DNA of 64,000 nucleotides, taken from NCBI RefSeq assembly GCF_964204865.1, contig NC_135262.1, positions 9,796,001 through 9,860,000 on the forward strand. The letters are read 5' to 3'. Position numbers and translations under genes: made by a program. This DNA comes from Styela clava. Taxonomy: Eukaryota. The notes under the pieces are model-generated. The model was given only the letters and a program-made list of their open reading frames with translations, was not told where the DNA came from and ran no database searches. Shown in pieces: positions 51,760-63,590 of this stretch (within the stretch, counting starts at the first letter, position 1; each line of letters opens with the position of its first letter).

Positions 51760-52710
51760 ACATGATCTGTGAAAAATTTGTATATTATTATTTGCATTTC
51801 TAGCTTGTATCTCAGTTTTTTTGCATGTGAACTTGCCTTTTATTTACAATCTACCGCAAAACTGTTATCAAATGTTTGAGCTAATTCTTGAAACTGTTAT
51901 ATAGTATCCTAATTTGTTAACTCATGTAATCAAAGTGTCATATTTATTTACAACTTCCATATTAGGCATTATACATGTTTAAAAGAATATTATGTGTTAA
52001 TTAAAATAAAATAGATGTTTCGTACATGTCCCTATGCAGCTATGCGAGCATTCAGGAATCTACAATTTTTGAAATGACCGGAATCTTTCCGGTTGGTATT
52101 GGATTTGAACCCGGTATGTGTAACCTATGATGTCAGCATAGTTAATTAATAAGTCTAACATTTAGGTAATGTTTTAGGATGGTATCATGACTTGTCTCGG
52201 TTTTCTTTATTAAACAGAAGCATACCAACTATCTTGTCAAATTATTAAACTGTGACACAATTTATAAAAATTTGACAAATCTATGATTTTGGTACACAGG
52301 AAACCAATTTAATACCTGATAAATAAATGTTCTAGTTTCACTTTCAATTACTTTTGTTTAATAAAGTTTCTACAGAATTTTGACTAATCACGTCATATGT
52401 TAAGTTTAAGATTTTATTTTTTATTTAATGGTATTATATTCTTAGGTGACTAGTGTTTTTGAATTATGTTCCATTAAGAAAATGTGTTGTGAATTTTGAC
52501 TTGGTGACAAATAACAAATAAAGGTGTTTAGTTTCCCTAAATTAGAACTAATCAAATATATTTCATTTAAATTAGTTAAAAATTAAATAAAAATTAATTT
52601 ATCATCAATCAGTAACACAATGCTTCTTTCAATGGAAGAGTAACAAGGCATCAAATATCACATATTAATTACATTTAATTTCTGGCGAGTGGTTTTGTCA
52701 AACTGAAAAC

Positions 52711-55700
52711 ATGTCGTCTTCTCTTTCTTCAAATTCTTCTCTTTTACGAAGACCGAGGCCACCAATTCAGCATCCAAGTAATTTACCACCGATTATTAGT
52801 CAAAGAAGTATGGAAAGTGATTTAACAAATCACTCAAGTGAGTATATTTGAGTGTCTAAGGGAGGAGTTTACTCAGTATTCAATGGGAAGACTTTCTGCC
52901 TCAATATAGCGAGAATTGCATTCATAATTATTCTTAGGGTTAGATATTTAAATGGCGAAACACATTTTACAGGGAGTGTTTACTCCAGTAGCACAAGAGT
53001 GTCTAATTGGAACTTGTGTAATATGGGAATTCAAGAATGATGTAATGAGTAGTGACAGAAGATATTCTTTTAGATTTGGTTTATTTTTTTGTTCATTAGG
53101 ACAGAAATCACCTTGCCTACCCACTATCACACTCGGGGTGATGTGGTCGGCACAGAATTGTTTTAGAGATATTGACTGCAACTGCTTTAACTGGGCCACT
53201 GCAACCGCTTTATTAAAAACCGATTTTTTGATTCAAATTGAATTACTAAGTTGGTTTCACGATGATTTCTGTAGGCAGATAGTGATTTTTTCAAAACAGT
53301 TTTACATATTAAATTACAACATGGGAAAATAATGCTATCTAAATATAATATTAGTATAAACGAATGTATTGAATAATTAAATAAATATTCGCAGGAGCTT
53401 CGCCTACAATTCGTCCAATGCCAAGTCTCGCTTCACATCAAGATGGTCTTCAATCACCTGTTCCTACTATGCAATCAGAGTATGATCCGGTGTTTCATTC
53501 TCAATTGTCCAAAATTCAAAAAGGACATTCACAAAATGCAGGTTCTGACAATACAACAACAGGTAGCTGACTGAACAATTTTATTTAAAAATTTCATTTT
53601 AATTGCTTGAATGAAATTAATAGATAGGCCCCTTTCTTGTGTACAACAATCCACAGCAGATCCACTCAGGATCTAACCATTTGGGAACTAATCACACTAA
53701 GAAGAACGGAGCTGACATTTTTATTATGGATATACGCTTATTTCTGTTGTTTCCTTAGGTGGTGATACTGGGGATGGAAGTTTGAGTAGGAAGGGCCTTG
53801 TTCTTCCATACAAACCTCGTGGACCTGACCCATTTCCGATGAGAGAGCCTAAACGACCAGCAGATGTGAGAAGAGAGTTCATTTTACCCATCGATTCACA
53901 AAAAGCTTTGCCTGAATTCACGTAAGTTATTTTTATTTATTAAGATTTGATTACATCAAACAGACCTCAAATGATAGCCTGGGGATTTACTATGCGACAA
54001 ACTTGACTGTTTTGCCATCGTAAGTAACATTTTGGGGTTCAAATCCCATGCCCAGCACTTCACCCGAGGTATAATAAAATTGTGGTCCATTCACAATAAA
54101 TAGCAGCATATCGTTATTATATTAGAAGCTGCTTGTTCTGGGCAATGTTCAAAGCGAAACATGAAATTAGCTCTTGTATGTATTTTGAATATTAATAATG
54201 ATCATTTATTATTATTCACTATATTCATGTAATGTACCAATTACTTAGGTTGGAAAATTTTCTCCAAAAAACAAAATACTATTCATCACAACAAAACACT
54301 TTAAAGAAAGTTATTCTGTCAAAAGCGAACTACAAGAAGTTGACATTGTAAGTATAAGTTATAGTATCACAGGGTTGATTTTCTAACTAACTTCAGTGTG
54401 AATATGAAGGGCTTATGATGTTGATTAGTTAGCTGGTGTAACTTTCATCAAAAACATCTCAAAATAGTTTTTTAAAAATATTGGATTTAATATTCATTCT
54501 GGGAGAGAGAAAAGTTTGAGGCATTGGTTGAGTTTGTATTTAAGCACTCAAAACAATTCACTCTTGGCGAGGAAGTTCCTCATGATCACTGACTGACATG
54601 GCTCTTGAACTAACTATCAAATGCTGTCAAACAAGCAATTTGAGTGAATTTTACTTTATTTCGAGGTTACTCGAGAAAGAATTAACTCAAGGAAATCAGG
54701 ATGCTGTAAAAACTGTTGATGTCTCACAACAAGCAGAAATCAAGGATTATCAAAGAAGAATACCCAGGAGGCAATTAATGATCGGCAAGTCTATTTATGT
54801 TGTTTTGTATATTTATATATGAGATTGATGTGGCAAAATAATTTACCTTCAGGTTATATGTAAGATAGAATAAGATTTTTCATATTTATCCTGGGGAGAA
54901 GAACATCATAAGACGGCTTAATCATATGATGAACCACAGCATCACGCTTGGTTACCATTTCAATTTGGTTATGCCAACAGTTGATCAGCTATTTAACTCA
55001 AATGTATATACCTAATGGTGGAAGAGTCGTAATCGTCATGCGATTACATGAACCACCTTGCAACGCCGAGGAGTCTAGCAATCCTTCGCACATAATTATC
55101 ATCCACAGGACTCGAGCTTGCAGCCGAGGCAGGGTAATCATTTTGTGTTCCTAATGCTTAGTCAGATGCTCGAACCTTTGAGCCTATATTTTACTGTTGT
55201 TTTACAAAAATTGGTTCATTGTTCTATTATTGGTAGTGTCATCAGTCATGATGAATATCAATATGTGTGCTATTTGAATATTAATTGTCACCAAATAAGA
55301 CCAAAAATATTCATGTTTTCTGTATAGAAATGAAAAGTATTGTGAACGATCGTTTGAAAGAATTAGGATTGACGTCACCGGGAAAATTTGATGGACGAGC
55401 GAATGATGTTGAACAAATATTAGATGAAATAAAAGAAATTGGAGGTTTTTATTATCATCTTTTCTCACAAGATTACATTAATTTTCATCGAAACCGGCCA
55501 CAACTTTAATAAACGGTTTGCAGCAGACACTTTTGTCAGGTTATACAATATTATTTAAGCCAAGTTCACTTGGATAGGTATTCTGCAAGTTGATTCTCAT
55601 CAGCATTTGTCAGTAGTATAGTTACTCGACCATATATAATTGATATTTACCATGTCTTTCTGTATTTTTACTTCTTGTCTCCACGAAAAGCTAGTTTTTA

Positions 55701-58700
55701 CATATTTTCTAGTTTCATCGAAATAATTTTTCCATTTTAGATGCCGAGGGAGTTGGTCGAAAATCACAAATGTCTTTATTCAATAAAGCAACTGCAAATG
55801 TATTTCAAGAATCTTTTAACAGACCTGGCTCTGTTTTTGATGGGGAAAATACAGAATCCATTATAACTCCATCTGAATTATCTATTTTAAATTGTCTAAT
55901 GGATGGAGGATACGTTTTGAGCCTCAAGGTAAGATAATATGTAGCCTTTTATCGTTTATTCAATGTTGAATTGCAGCAAAATTACTAGAACTTCATCGGC
56001 TCATTATATTGTGTTTTTTTTTTAACTCTCATTTAGGGATTCTGATTCTAGGAAGGCCGTGTGTAAGCAGCTACTGAGCTCTTATTTTTCCGAAGCACCG
56101 GAATGATTGCGACTTGACTATTCTGGCATCACGATTCGCGGGTTATACATCCTGGGTTCAAATCCCATGCATAAATTGATAAATTGATTTCGCAATGCAA
56201 AATCAAAAGATTTCGAACCCCTCCAGTATGGTTGCTCTTTACCTATTGTTAGATAACAGCCGCTTTGTTCAGAGTGAGAAACGAGAAAAAGGGGAGTATG
56301 GAAAAAACATTTTCATATATATTATCATTCTTTTTAGGCTCATTTTATACCTCAAATTCCTGAACTTAGTCCACTTTCTGCTACGTTAGTATACCTAAAC
56401 CTTTCTTTCAACGAATTTTCCGAGTTTCCAAGAGAAGTCCTCTTCTGTAGAGAATTACAAGTGTTGAAATTAAGAAACAATCCACTCAAGGACTTACCTC
56501 ATGATATCAGCAAGTATGCAAATTGATTAATTAATAATTTTAATAAGTTTGATTGCGAGCTGAAAAATAATATAGTTTATAACTATGACCTATTTACTTT
56601 TATATGTACTTATTCCATTCTAATTTAAACTCGATCTCTATCTCATATAATTATTTTTCAGGTTACAAAAACTCAGAACGTTGATCTTGTCGTTTTGTTG
56701 TCTGACTGCTTTACCCGTCTCATTGTTTTCATTGCTGAGATTGGAATTTTTGGACATTTCTTTCAATAAATTAACTTTCCTACCGAATGAAATTAAAAAG
56801 CTTGAAAGATTAAGGCAAGTGTTTCCTATAGTAGAGAGTTAGACTACTGTTAAGTGGTGTTGGGTGGAAGTCCTCAAATCCTGAGTCTCTAGTCTGAGAC
56901 CCGGGCCGATTCATACACTGAGTTAGGTCTAGCTGTCAGTTTCAGCAAGTCCGAGACATTGCATTTAGATGCATCGTTTCTTCGAGTCTTTGATATATGG
57001 TGACTCGAGTTCAAAGTCAAGTCGAGTCAATGAATCCGCCTACCCAATACTGCTGTTATTAGGAAGATTGTTACTTTGATAACTAAATAAGCAAATCCCT
57101 TCTTTACTTAACTACTTCACTCCGGAGAATTGACTTTCTACATCTGATATTTATTTATTATTCGCGCTCGTTGCTTATTTTTGCCTGCGGCAATATTGAT
57201 ATATTTTGTTGTTTATGTGACAGATTAAATAAAATTTCGAATACACCACAAGCAAACATGTTTTGTAGCAAATTGCTTTATATACCTTGCTATATTTATT
57301 GGTTCAAATATCTCGCATCACATTTATGCAAGTTTTTATTCGCTAACATTTTGTCCGATGAAACATCAATCTTCTATGATTCATGGCCTCCTAACAACAC
57401 TCAACAGTTATGGCCCTCTATAAAATATTTCTTTTTGCATTTAGCGATTCTATCAGTTGTTTTATGGACAGCATTTAATTAAAAAAACTAATAAATGAAA
57501 GTAATTAAAAAATAAGTCAAATAATTAAATAAATCGGAATCATTGAATTTACAATAATATAGTCATTGCAAATGGTACCTAGCAAAAGTCACCTGAGAGA
57601 ACTGTATCGTTTCCCCCTAGGGCAGTCGAGAGCTCAGTTTGAAAACCATGTGTGCAAAAAGTATAATGCAAAATAGGTAACAATGTTAAACTTATTTAAA
57701 TGAGAAGTTTTTAGTCGCATGCAATTTCAACCTTCAATTTTCTTTTTATTTTATTGAAAAAATAAATTTGCTTTGCAGATTTTTAAATGTAGAAGGCAAT
57801 GAATTACCTGGTCTTCCGTGTGGATTACTGAGACTAAACCTGTTTCGTATTAGAGTTCGGAATAATTTCATGAGTCCGTTGTTTTGGAAAGAGAATGCGA
57901 AAAACGATCCACAACGATTAACCGATTTATGCTTACTTCAAGTGAAAGTCCATGTTGTGAAGCAAGATGGTGATAAAATGCAACGACTACCACCAGATGT
58001 GATGCGATCCATTCATAGGTTTCTTAACTTCAAATATTTATTCAATTTTTGTCACTGTGTCACCTGCAATGCAGTTTTTTAAGGAAATTGGCTCAAAGCA
58101 AGGTCATGCACACTCACTCGAAAATAAAAAAAATTGATCGAGTGACCACTAAAATACCAGGAATTAGTGTAGAATTACCCATTAGTAAATGACTATTGAT
58201 GCAAATATCTAGAGCAGTTTATGTCAATATGATCAGAAAAACAGCTACAAGGTAATGAATTGCAGTGCCTGGAAAAAATCTTTCCTTGTAAAATGATTTG
58301 TATTGGTTGAAATATCAAATCAGACTAAGTTATATCCAGAAACATAAATTTGGTTTCTGGTTTTTTGAAGTTTTCATTATCAATTATAATTCTTTGTTAT
58401 CCTAACAATGACTTTTCTGTTCTCCCAAAAAGTGTAATTCTCGAGTGAAGATCGTAGTTTTACGACGCTTATTCATTCGCACAAGGCAGCCTTAGTGAGA
58501 TGGAGGCATGGAATTTTAACCGGAAATGCGTAATCTGCATGCTATTATAGTGATATAATATTTGAATAAGTATATGTGTAAACATTACTTAGTAACCTAA
58601 CTTTGTTTTACATTTCAGTTTCAAACCATGCGATTGTTGCAATGGGCCGCGATATGGACCAGGGTTGAAAATAGTTCGGCCTTGCTCTGAAATCTGGGGA

Positions 58701-58889
58701 ATCAAAAGAATTCCATTTATTTTCAAATCTTGTTCTCCGTCCTGTTATTCAAGATTTGTACACAACACTGATCCAAAGCTAACAGAAATTATTTATGGAG
58801 CATCAGAGGAAAAACCTGCTACTCCAATTAAAGAGGATGACAGTGTAGGCAGGCCTCCTTCGCCTAGAGATGGTGCCATCACAGCATAG
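52711..58889 (+). CDS. LRRC63: Leucine-rich repeat protein, LRRC63-like, 606 aa, 11 exons
   Basis: Exons 52711-52837, 53395-53562, 53759-53921, 54249-54347, 54666-54784, 55328-55444, 55741-55928, 56338-56513, 56662-56814, 57779-58018, 58619-58889 (1821 nt). N-terminal LLRRPRPP; LRRs LVYLNLSFN, LQVLKLRNN, LEFLDISFN, FLNVEGN; C-terminal CDCCNGPRYG...CSPSCY. Confidence 0.85.
54870..55170 (-). repeat. Degenerate SINE-like repeat in an LRRC63 intron
   Basis: Reverse complement has a tRNA-like head (B-box-like GCTCGAGTCC) followed by GATAATTATGT..AGGATT..GACTC, shared with 59125-59370 and 17915-18090. Confidence 0.5.
56852..57053. mobile_element. Small degenerate MITE in an LRRC63 intron
   Basis: Inverted ends AGTGGTGTTGGGTGG / CCTACCCAATACTGCT with internal GAGTC repeats. 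Confidence 0.45.
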
Positions 58890-59124
58890 CTGTCTTAATA
58901 TCTGCTATTTATATTATTAAACTGTGTCAAATTTGTATATATTAAAAATTTTTATCTGATGTACCAAAACCATCTTTTTTTTAATATACAGTGACCAATG
59001 TTTCTTTCAGCTTTGTCGACTGTGCACTTACACCTATTTCAATACTGTTTGTAACAAAATTGATATATTTTTATAAATTTCAAGATTCAATAAAGTATTA
59101 TTTTCTTAATTATGTGTTTCATGG

Positions 59125-59370
59125 TAAACTTAGTAGGCGAACATTGAGCTTTGGAACGTAAGTTCGTAGATTCGAGTCACACAGGATAATTATGTAGGAG
59201 AAGATTCCTTGACTCGTCGCAGGGTATGCATCTACTATTCCAATGTGGGACATGGATGAGCTGATGACGGGAGGTTGTGTTTCGCCATCTTGTTGACCTC
59301 CCTTGTGACAAATATGAAATTCCTATTCCAACTGGGGAATGAGTTGGAATGCTACTAGGAGACCTATTTC
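59125..59370 (+). repeat. Degenerate tRNA-derived SINE-like repeat
   Basis: B-box-like GATTCGAGTC followed by GATAATTATGTAGGAGAAGATTCCTTGACTCGTCG, homologous to other copies in the window. Confidence 0.5.
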
Positions 59371-59960
59371 GAGCCTTGAAAAGTTTCGATAGAACTTGTT
59401 AAATGTGACAATAGTCGCTCCCACCATTTTGCTTTGGGCAATGCTACCAATATTCCTGAAGAAAGTGCTCATAGTAATTCGAATCCATGCTAACTGTGCA
59501 ATATAGTTATTTTGGAGATTTGTCAAAGTGACACAAGTTAGCAAATACAGAATCACAGACTTTTCATGTTTATTATAGACTATAATTTAAAGTTGATCAA
59601 TATAAAAATTCCACAAATACATAGTAATCTAACAGAAATTTGTAAAACTTCATCATGTATTTTCTAGTGCCAGTGAATACACCATTATTATTTATAAGAA
59701 AGTCAGTATTGAGTTTGAGCACAACTTCAAATGTACCGGTATATCAATTATAAGAATTTAATATTTCTAATGCTATAGATTCTTTTATTGGCCATATTTA
59801 CAGTGTTGTGTTTTGGGAAGACTGGTTATTAGGACCAGTTATTTTTTTGTCTGTATTAGACATAGATTCTCTTTTATAAATAGCTTTGGTATAAAAAACA
59901 GCGAATCTCGAATAAAAAAGTGATTGCATATAGTTTACACAAAAATTAACAGTGGTTAAG

Positions 59961-60827
59961 TTAAAATCTATGAAGTGCAATTTGAAGTAATCCATATTGT
60001 AAAAACACAGGAAAAGGAATCCATAATTTAAATAAACGCATTCTAGTTGCATGAGTAATTATTGCATTACTACTTTTGAGTTGATTCGCTTGATGCAAAC
60101 GAACTTGTGATGCTTGAAAATAGGAACATGATTTGCATTGAGGATATAACTTCCCTACAATAGATTTGTTTCGTTTCAAATATTGTTCTGCAAGTGCGAC
60201 AGGTGGGTTGTGATCAGCAAAATAGTCAACTTTGACCCTCGAAGACGAACCAAAAAGCTTCTTCCATAGCTTAGAAGCAGTAGATTCAAACCTATTATAA
60301 CGTTTTCCACACGTGTGACATCCATGTCTTTCTCCAAGAAGCTGGATTTTTGATAAGTGAGTCTTTGTGACCCTTGCGGTTAGCGTTGACAACGCAACAT
60401 GCTCAACAGCAAATGCACCAGGATGCAGAATATGACTCGGACACAAACTCTTCAAACGCCCACCGAAAAGCTTGAATACAATAATAGTGAATGCAGCATA
60501 AGAGCATGTATTAAAAAAAGTCTCCTTTTCATCTTTACCAAGAAAATAATCCAATTCTCTCGCATTGATATGCTTTTCGACGATAACAAACGATGTCGCC
60601 GCACATGCACTAGCAACGGTTAATGAAAATGCTCCACATAAAGGTGCAATTTTCTTGTTTGCAGTAACTCTGATAGGTTTCCATACAAAATTCTGCATAA
60701 GCCCTAATATGGTTGGAAATGTCGCCATCCCAGCGAATGAAGACAACAATAATTCGGCTCCTCTTTGTAGGATGTCTGCTCTGAATTCACTGTCTTCTGC
60801 CATGGCTAATATCTTCTGATTCTTCAT
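59961..60827 (-). CDS. Intronless membrane protein with a zinc-binding HNH-type nuclease motif, copy 1 (DH intact)
   Basis: Single ORF; ATG at 60827 or 60803 (gccATGg). Three N-terminal hydrophobic helices, then GCHTCG ... ADHNPP ... LYPQCKSCSYFQ, then a hydrophobic C-terminus. Confidence 0.8.
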   Translation of the reverse strand: MKNQKILAMAEDSEFRADILQRGAELLLSSFAGMATFPTILGLMQNFVWKPIRVTANKKIAPLCGAFSLTVASACAATSFVIVEKHINARELDYFLGKDEKETFFNTCSYAAFTIIVFKLFGGRLKSLCPSHILHPGAFAVEHVALSTLTARVTKTHLSKIQLLGERHGCHTCGKRYNRFESTASKLWKKLFGSSSRVKVDYFADHNPPVALAEQYLKRNKSIVGKLYPQCKSCSYFQASQVRLHQANQLKSSNAIITHATRMRLFKLWIPFPVFLQYGLLQIALHRF

Positions 60828-61456
60828 TTTTTTCACTCACTGAATAGTTAAATTAACAACCTAAGGAGACATAATATTTTAATGAAAAAGTGTATAAGAA
60901 TACTGCAGTAAAAAATTATATGAATACAGTGAGAGATGTGAAATAAATGCTTATAAAAAAAATTACAGTGGTAATATTGCGGGCACTAATTTTTTGATTG
61001 ACATGGATGAAACCAATACACCTTATGTCACATTTTAAAATTGTGCGAAATTTATTTTCTAATTTTGAGTTACCAATGACTTCTCTAAACCTGTACATGG
61101 TAGGAATGTGATATTCCTCACAAAACACCATACAAGTATTGCACCAAACATTGTGTGTTTGAGGATAGATGGAGTACACCCCCATAATTTATTTTGGACA
61201 TGGAACTACTTCACAGGTCACAATACCGAAATTGGGACATATTATCTAGATATCCACCTTAGAATATTGGGTAGTGTTATCAAATCTAGAGAAAACGAAC
61301 AAGTCCATGACAGAAAAAAACTATTTCATAAAAAATGTGACATAAGCTTTTGATTTTACGCAGGCAATTATAATTATTGCAAATAGTAGGAGTAGATTTC
61401 CAAATTCATATTTTAGCAATTGAAGAATCATAATTAAATAAGTCATAAAAACTTAT

Positions 61457-62209
61457 TCAAAATGATATTTTTTGAAGAGCATTTTGCAGAAAACCATATT
61501 GAAATAAGATTGGAAAAGGAACCCATAATTTAAAGAGCCGTAATCTTGTTGCATGAGTGATTATTGCACATTTATTTTTCAAAACATCGTTACTGTAAGT
61601 TGGAAGGGTCTTTGAAATTTCAAGACGAGAACAGGATTTGCATTGTGGGTACTCCGTTAACATAAAGAGTGGATCTTCCTTCGGAATTTTTTCATTAGGA
61701 ATTCTCAGCAATAAGCTTTTAAGTACAGAAATGAATTTTTCGATTTTATTGCCACGTTTGCCACAAATGTGGCATCCATGTTTTTCTCGCAGAGCTTTCA
61801 ATTTCATCATGTGAGACTTAGAGACGACAGTTGTTTCCGGTAGGGGTAAATCTTCATTAGCGAAAGCACCGGCATGCAAAATATGACTAGGACAAAGATT
61901 TCTTAGGCGACCTCCCAACAATCGAAAACTTATCAAAGCGAGAACAGTATAAATAAAAAAGTTGAAGACAGTCTCCAGTCTACTTTTGCATACAAATACG
62001 CCTCGCTTATTTCCATTCAGAAGCATTTCAGTGAGAACAAAAGCAAAAGCTGAACAAGTGTTTGAAATGATTAGAGTCACTATTCCACAAAGTTTTGCAA
62101 CTTTTCTGTGAGCTGTAACATTAATAGGCTTCCATACGTAGATTTGAAACAACCCCAAACATATTGGAAACACCAGAATTCCAGCCAAAGTAGCCAAAAT
62201 CAAATCCAT
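61457..62209 (-). CDS. Intronless paralog of the TM-HNH protein, copy 2, lacking the DHxPP motif
   Basis: 250-aa ORF colinear with copy 1 (VWKPI.VTA, GGRL..LCPSHILH.GAFA, HGCHICGKR, YPQCKSCS, AIITHATR.RLFKLW.PFP..QYG.LQ.AL). The spacer between CxxC and YPQC is 37 aa rather than 54 and has no Asp-His. Confidence 0.8.
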   Translation of the reverse strand: MDLILATLAGILVFPICLGLFQIYVWKPINVTAHRKVAKLCGIVTLIISNTCSAFAFVLTEMLLNGNKRGVFVCKSRLETVFNFFIYTVLALISFRLLGGRLRNLCPSHILHAGAFANEDLPLPETTVVSKSHMMKLKALREKHGCHICGKRGNKIEKFISVLKSLLLRIPNEKIPKEDPLFMLTEYPQCKSCSRLEISKTLPTYSNDVLKNKCAIITHATRLRLFKLWVPFPILFQYGFLQNALQKISF

Positions 62210-63590
62210 CTGAAGCTTTCACATCAATCGATTGCTGCATTCAATTTTATATGTTAATCTCACTAATTTAATAATCTAACAGTAAAAAAAATGTGAAACG
62301 TTATAGAAATAGATAAGGCATAAATCAAACATAAAACCAGGAACGTGCACTAACAAAATGAAATCTCCGAATGATAGAAAAACAATGCTGTGCACAAAAT
62401 TACTGGCAATGAAAAGCAAAATCCACTTATAATTGTTCATCATGATTGATTGAGTGGGTCAGGCATAAAATGTTACAATCGAAACATAAATTTTGAAAAT
62501 ATAATCATATGAAAACAAAATACAATGTTTATACTCAATTCACTACATGATCAATCAGGAATCCACAATGAGAGATACAATTGTCTAGAAATCTGAACTT
62601 TAGGCTTAGTAGTCTGTATTGTGCTAAGCGTTGGTCGCTTGTCATCGCACCTCTGATTACCACAAAAACCTGTGGGATACAATTATGTACAAGAGAATTT
62701 CTGGACTCCTCACCGTTGCAGGATAATTCACGTAAATCAGGTTGGTCACAGCTAGATTGAAGCATTATAACTAGGCAGAAAATTCACCAAAACAACATGA
62801 TAACAAAAAAAAATTAAAAATCAGATGAAATCACAAAATTGAGTTAAATGCCATTTCTGAGGAATTGTATATCGATCATAGTGACCTTGGGACGGGTCTT
62901 TTATTTTTTTTTATTGTAATAAGTAAATACGTTTCCTACTTTTGAATTAAACGACATGCTTGCCAAATTGAAATCATATAGTAATAGTGAATGAATCTCT
63001 TAAATCACACAAAGGCGTGGATTTGAATCAAATAAAATAATTTATGTGTAAGGGGATTACTCGACTCTCGAGTTAAAGTCTGACCGAGTAAATTCAGTGA
63101 ACCAGTGAACATCAAAAAAATATTCAATGTAGAACAGAAATAGCCAAAACAATTTACTATTACAAATGAATTCTGAAAAAATATTGGATGGTATATGAAA
63201 TATCAAACACATTCTCAATTTAGACATCAATTACTAATAAGTTAATGTTCATCAAATTGAAATTTGTTTATATAGAAAAGGAACAGAATTCTATGATACC
63301 CTAATGACATTTTGGTTTTTAAATTCTCAAGATTGAAAATTTTGAAATTTAACTATGGTATACAAAATTTTACTAAGAATAAAAATACACCATATTAAAT
63401 ATATTTAATTTAGAATGTATTCCAATATTCAATTTGTGCGTGGCCCCTTGGTCAAAGCTGAAAAAATTCCAGTTCTTTCAAAATAAAGTAGTTTCATACA
63501 TATCAGTGACTTTGTATATAAAAAAAGAATTGTTCTGAAAATCTTTGCTTCCAGACATAAAATTTTGTAAAATTCCTGACAAAAATTCAA

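Noticed and set aside
54030-56170. GGGTTCAAATCCCATGC B-box motifs at ~54035 and ~56154 as tRNA genes
   Set aside because: No cloverleaf or acceptor stem can be folded; they look like eroded SINE heads in introns.
62535-62765. 76-aa ORF between GTF3C1 and TM-HNH copy 2
   Set aside because: No recognisable motif; more plausibly UTR or a non-coding exon. A small ORF cannot be excluded without expression data.
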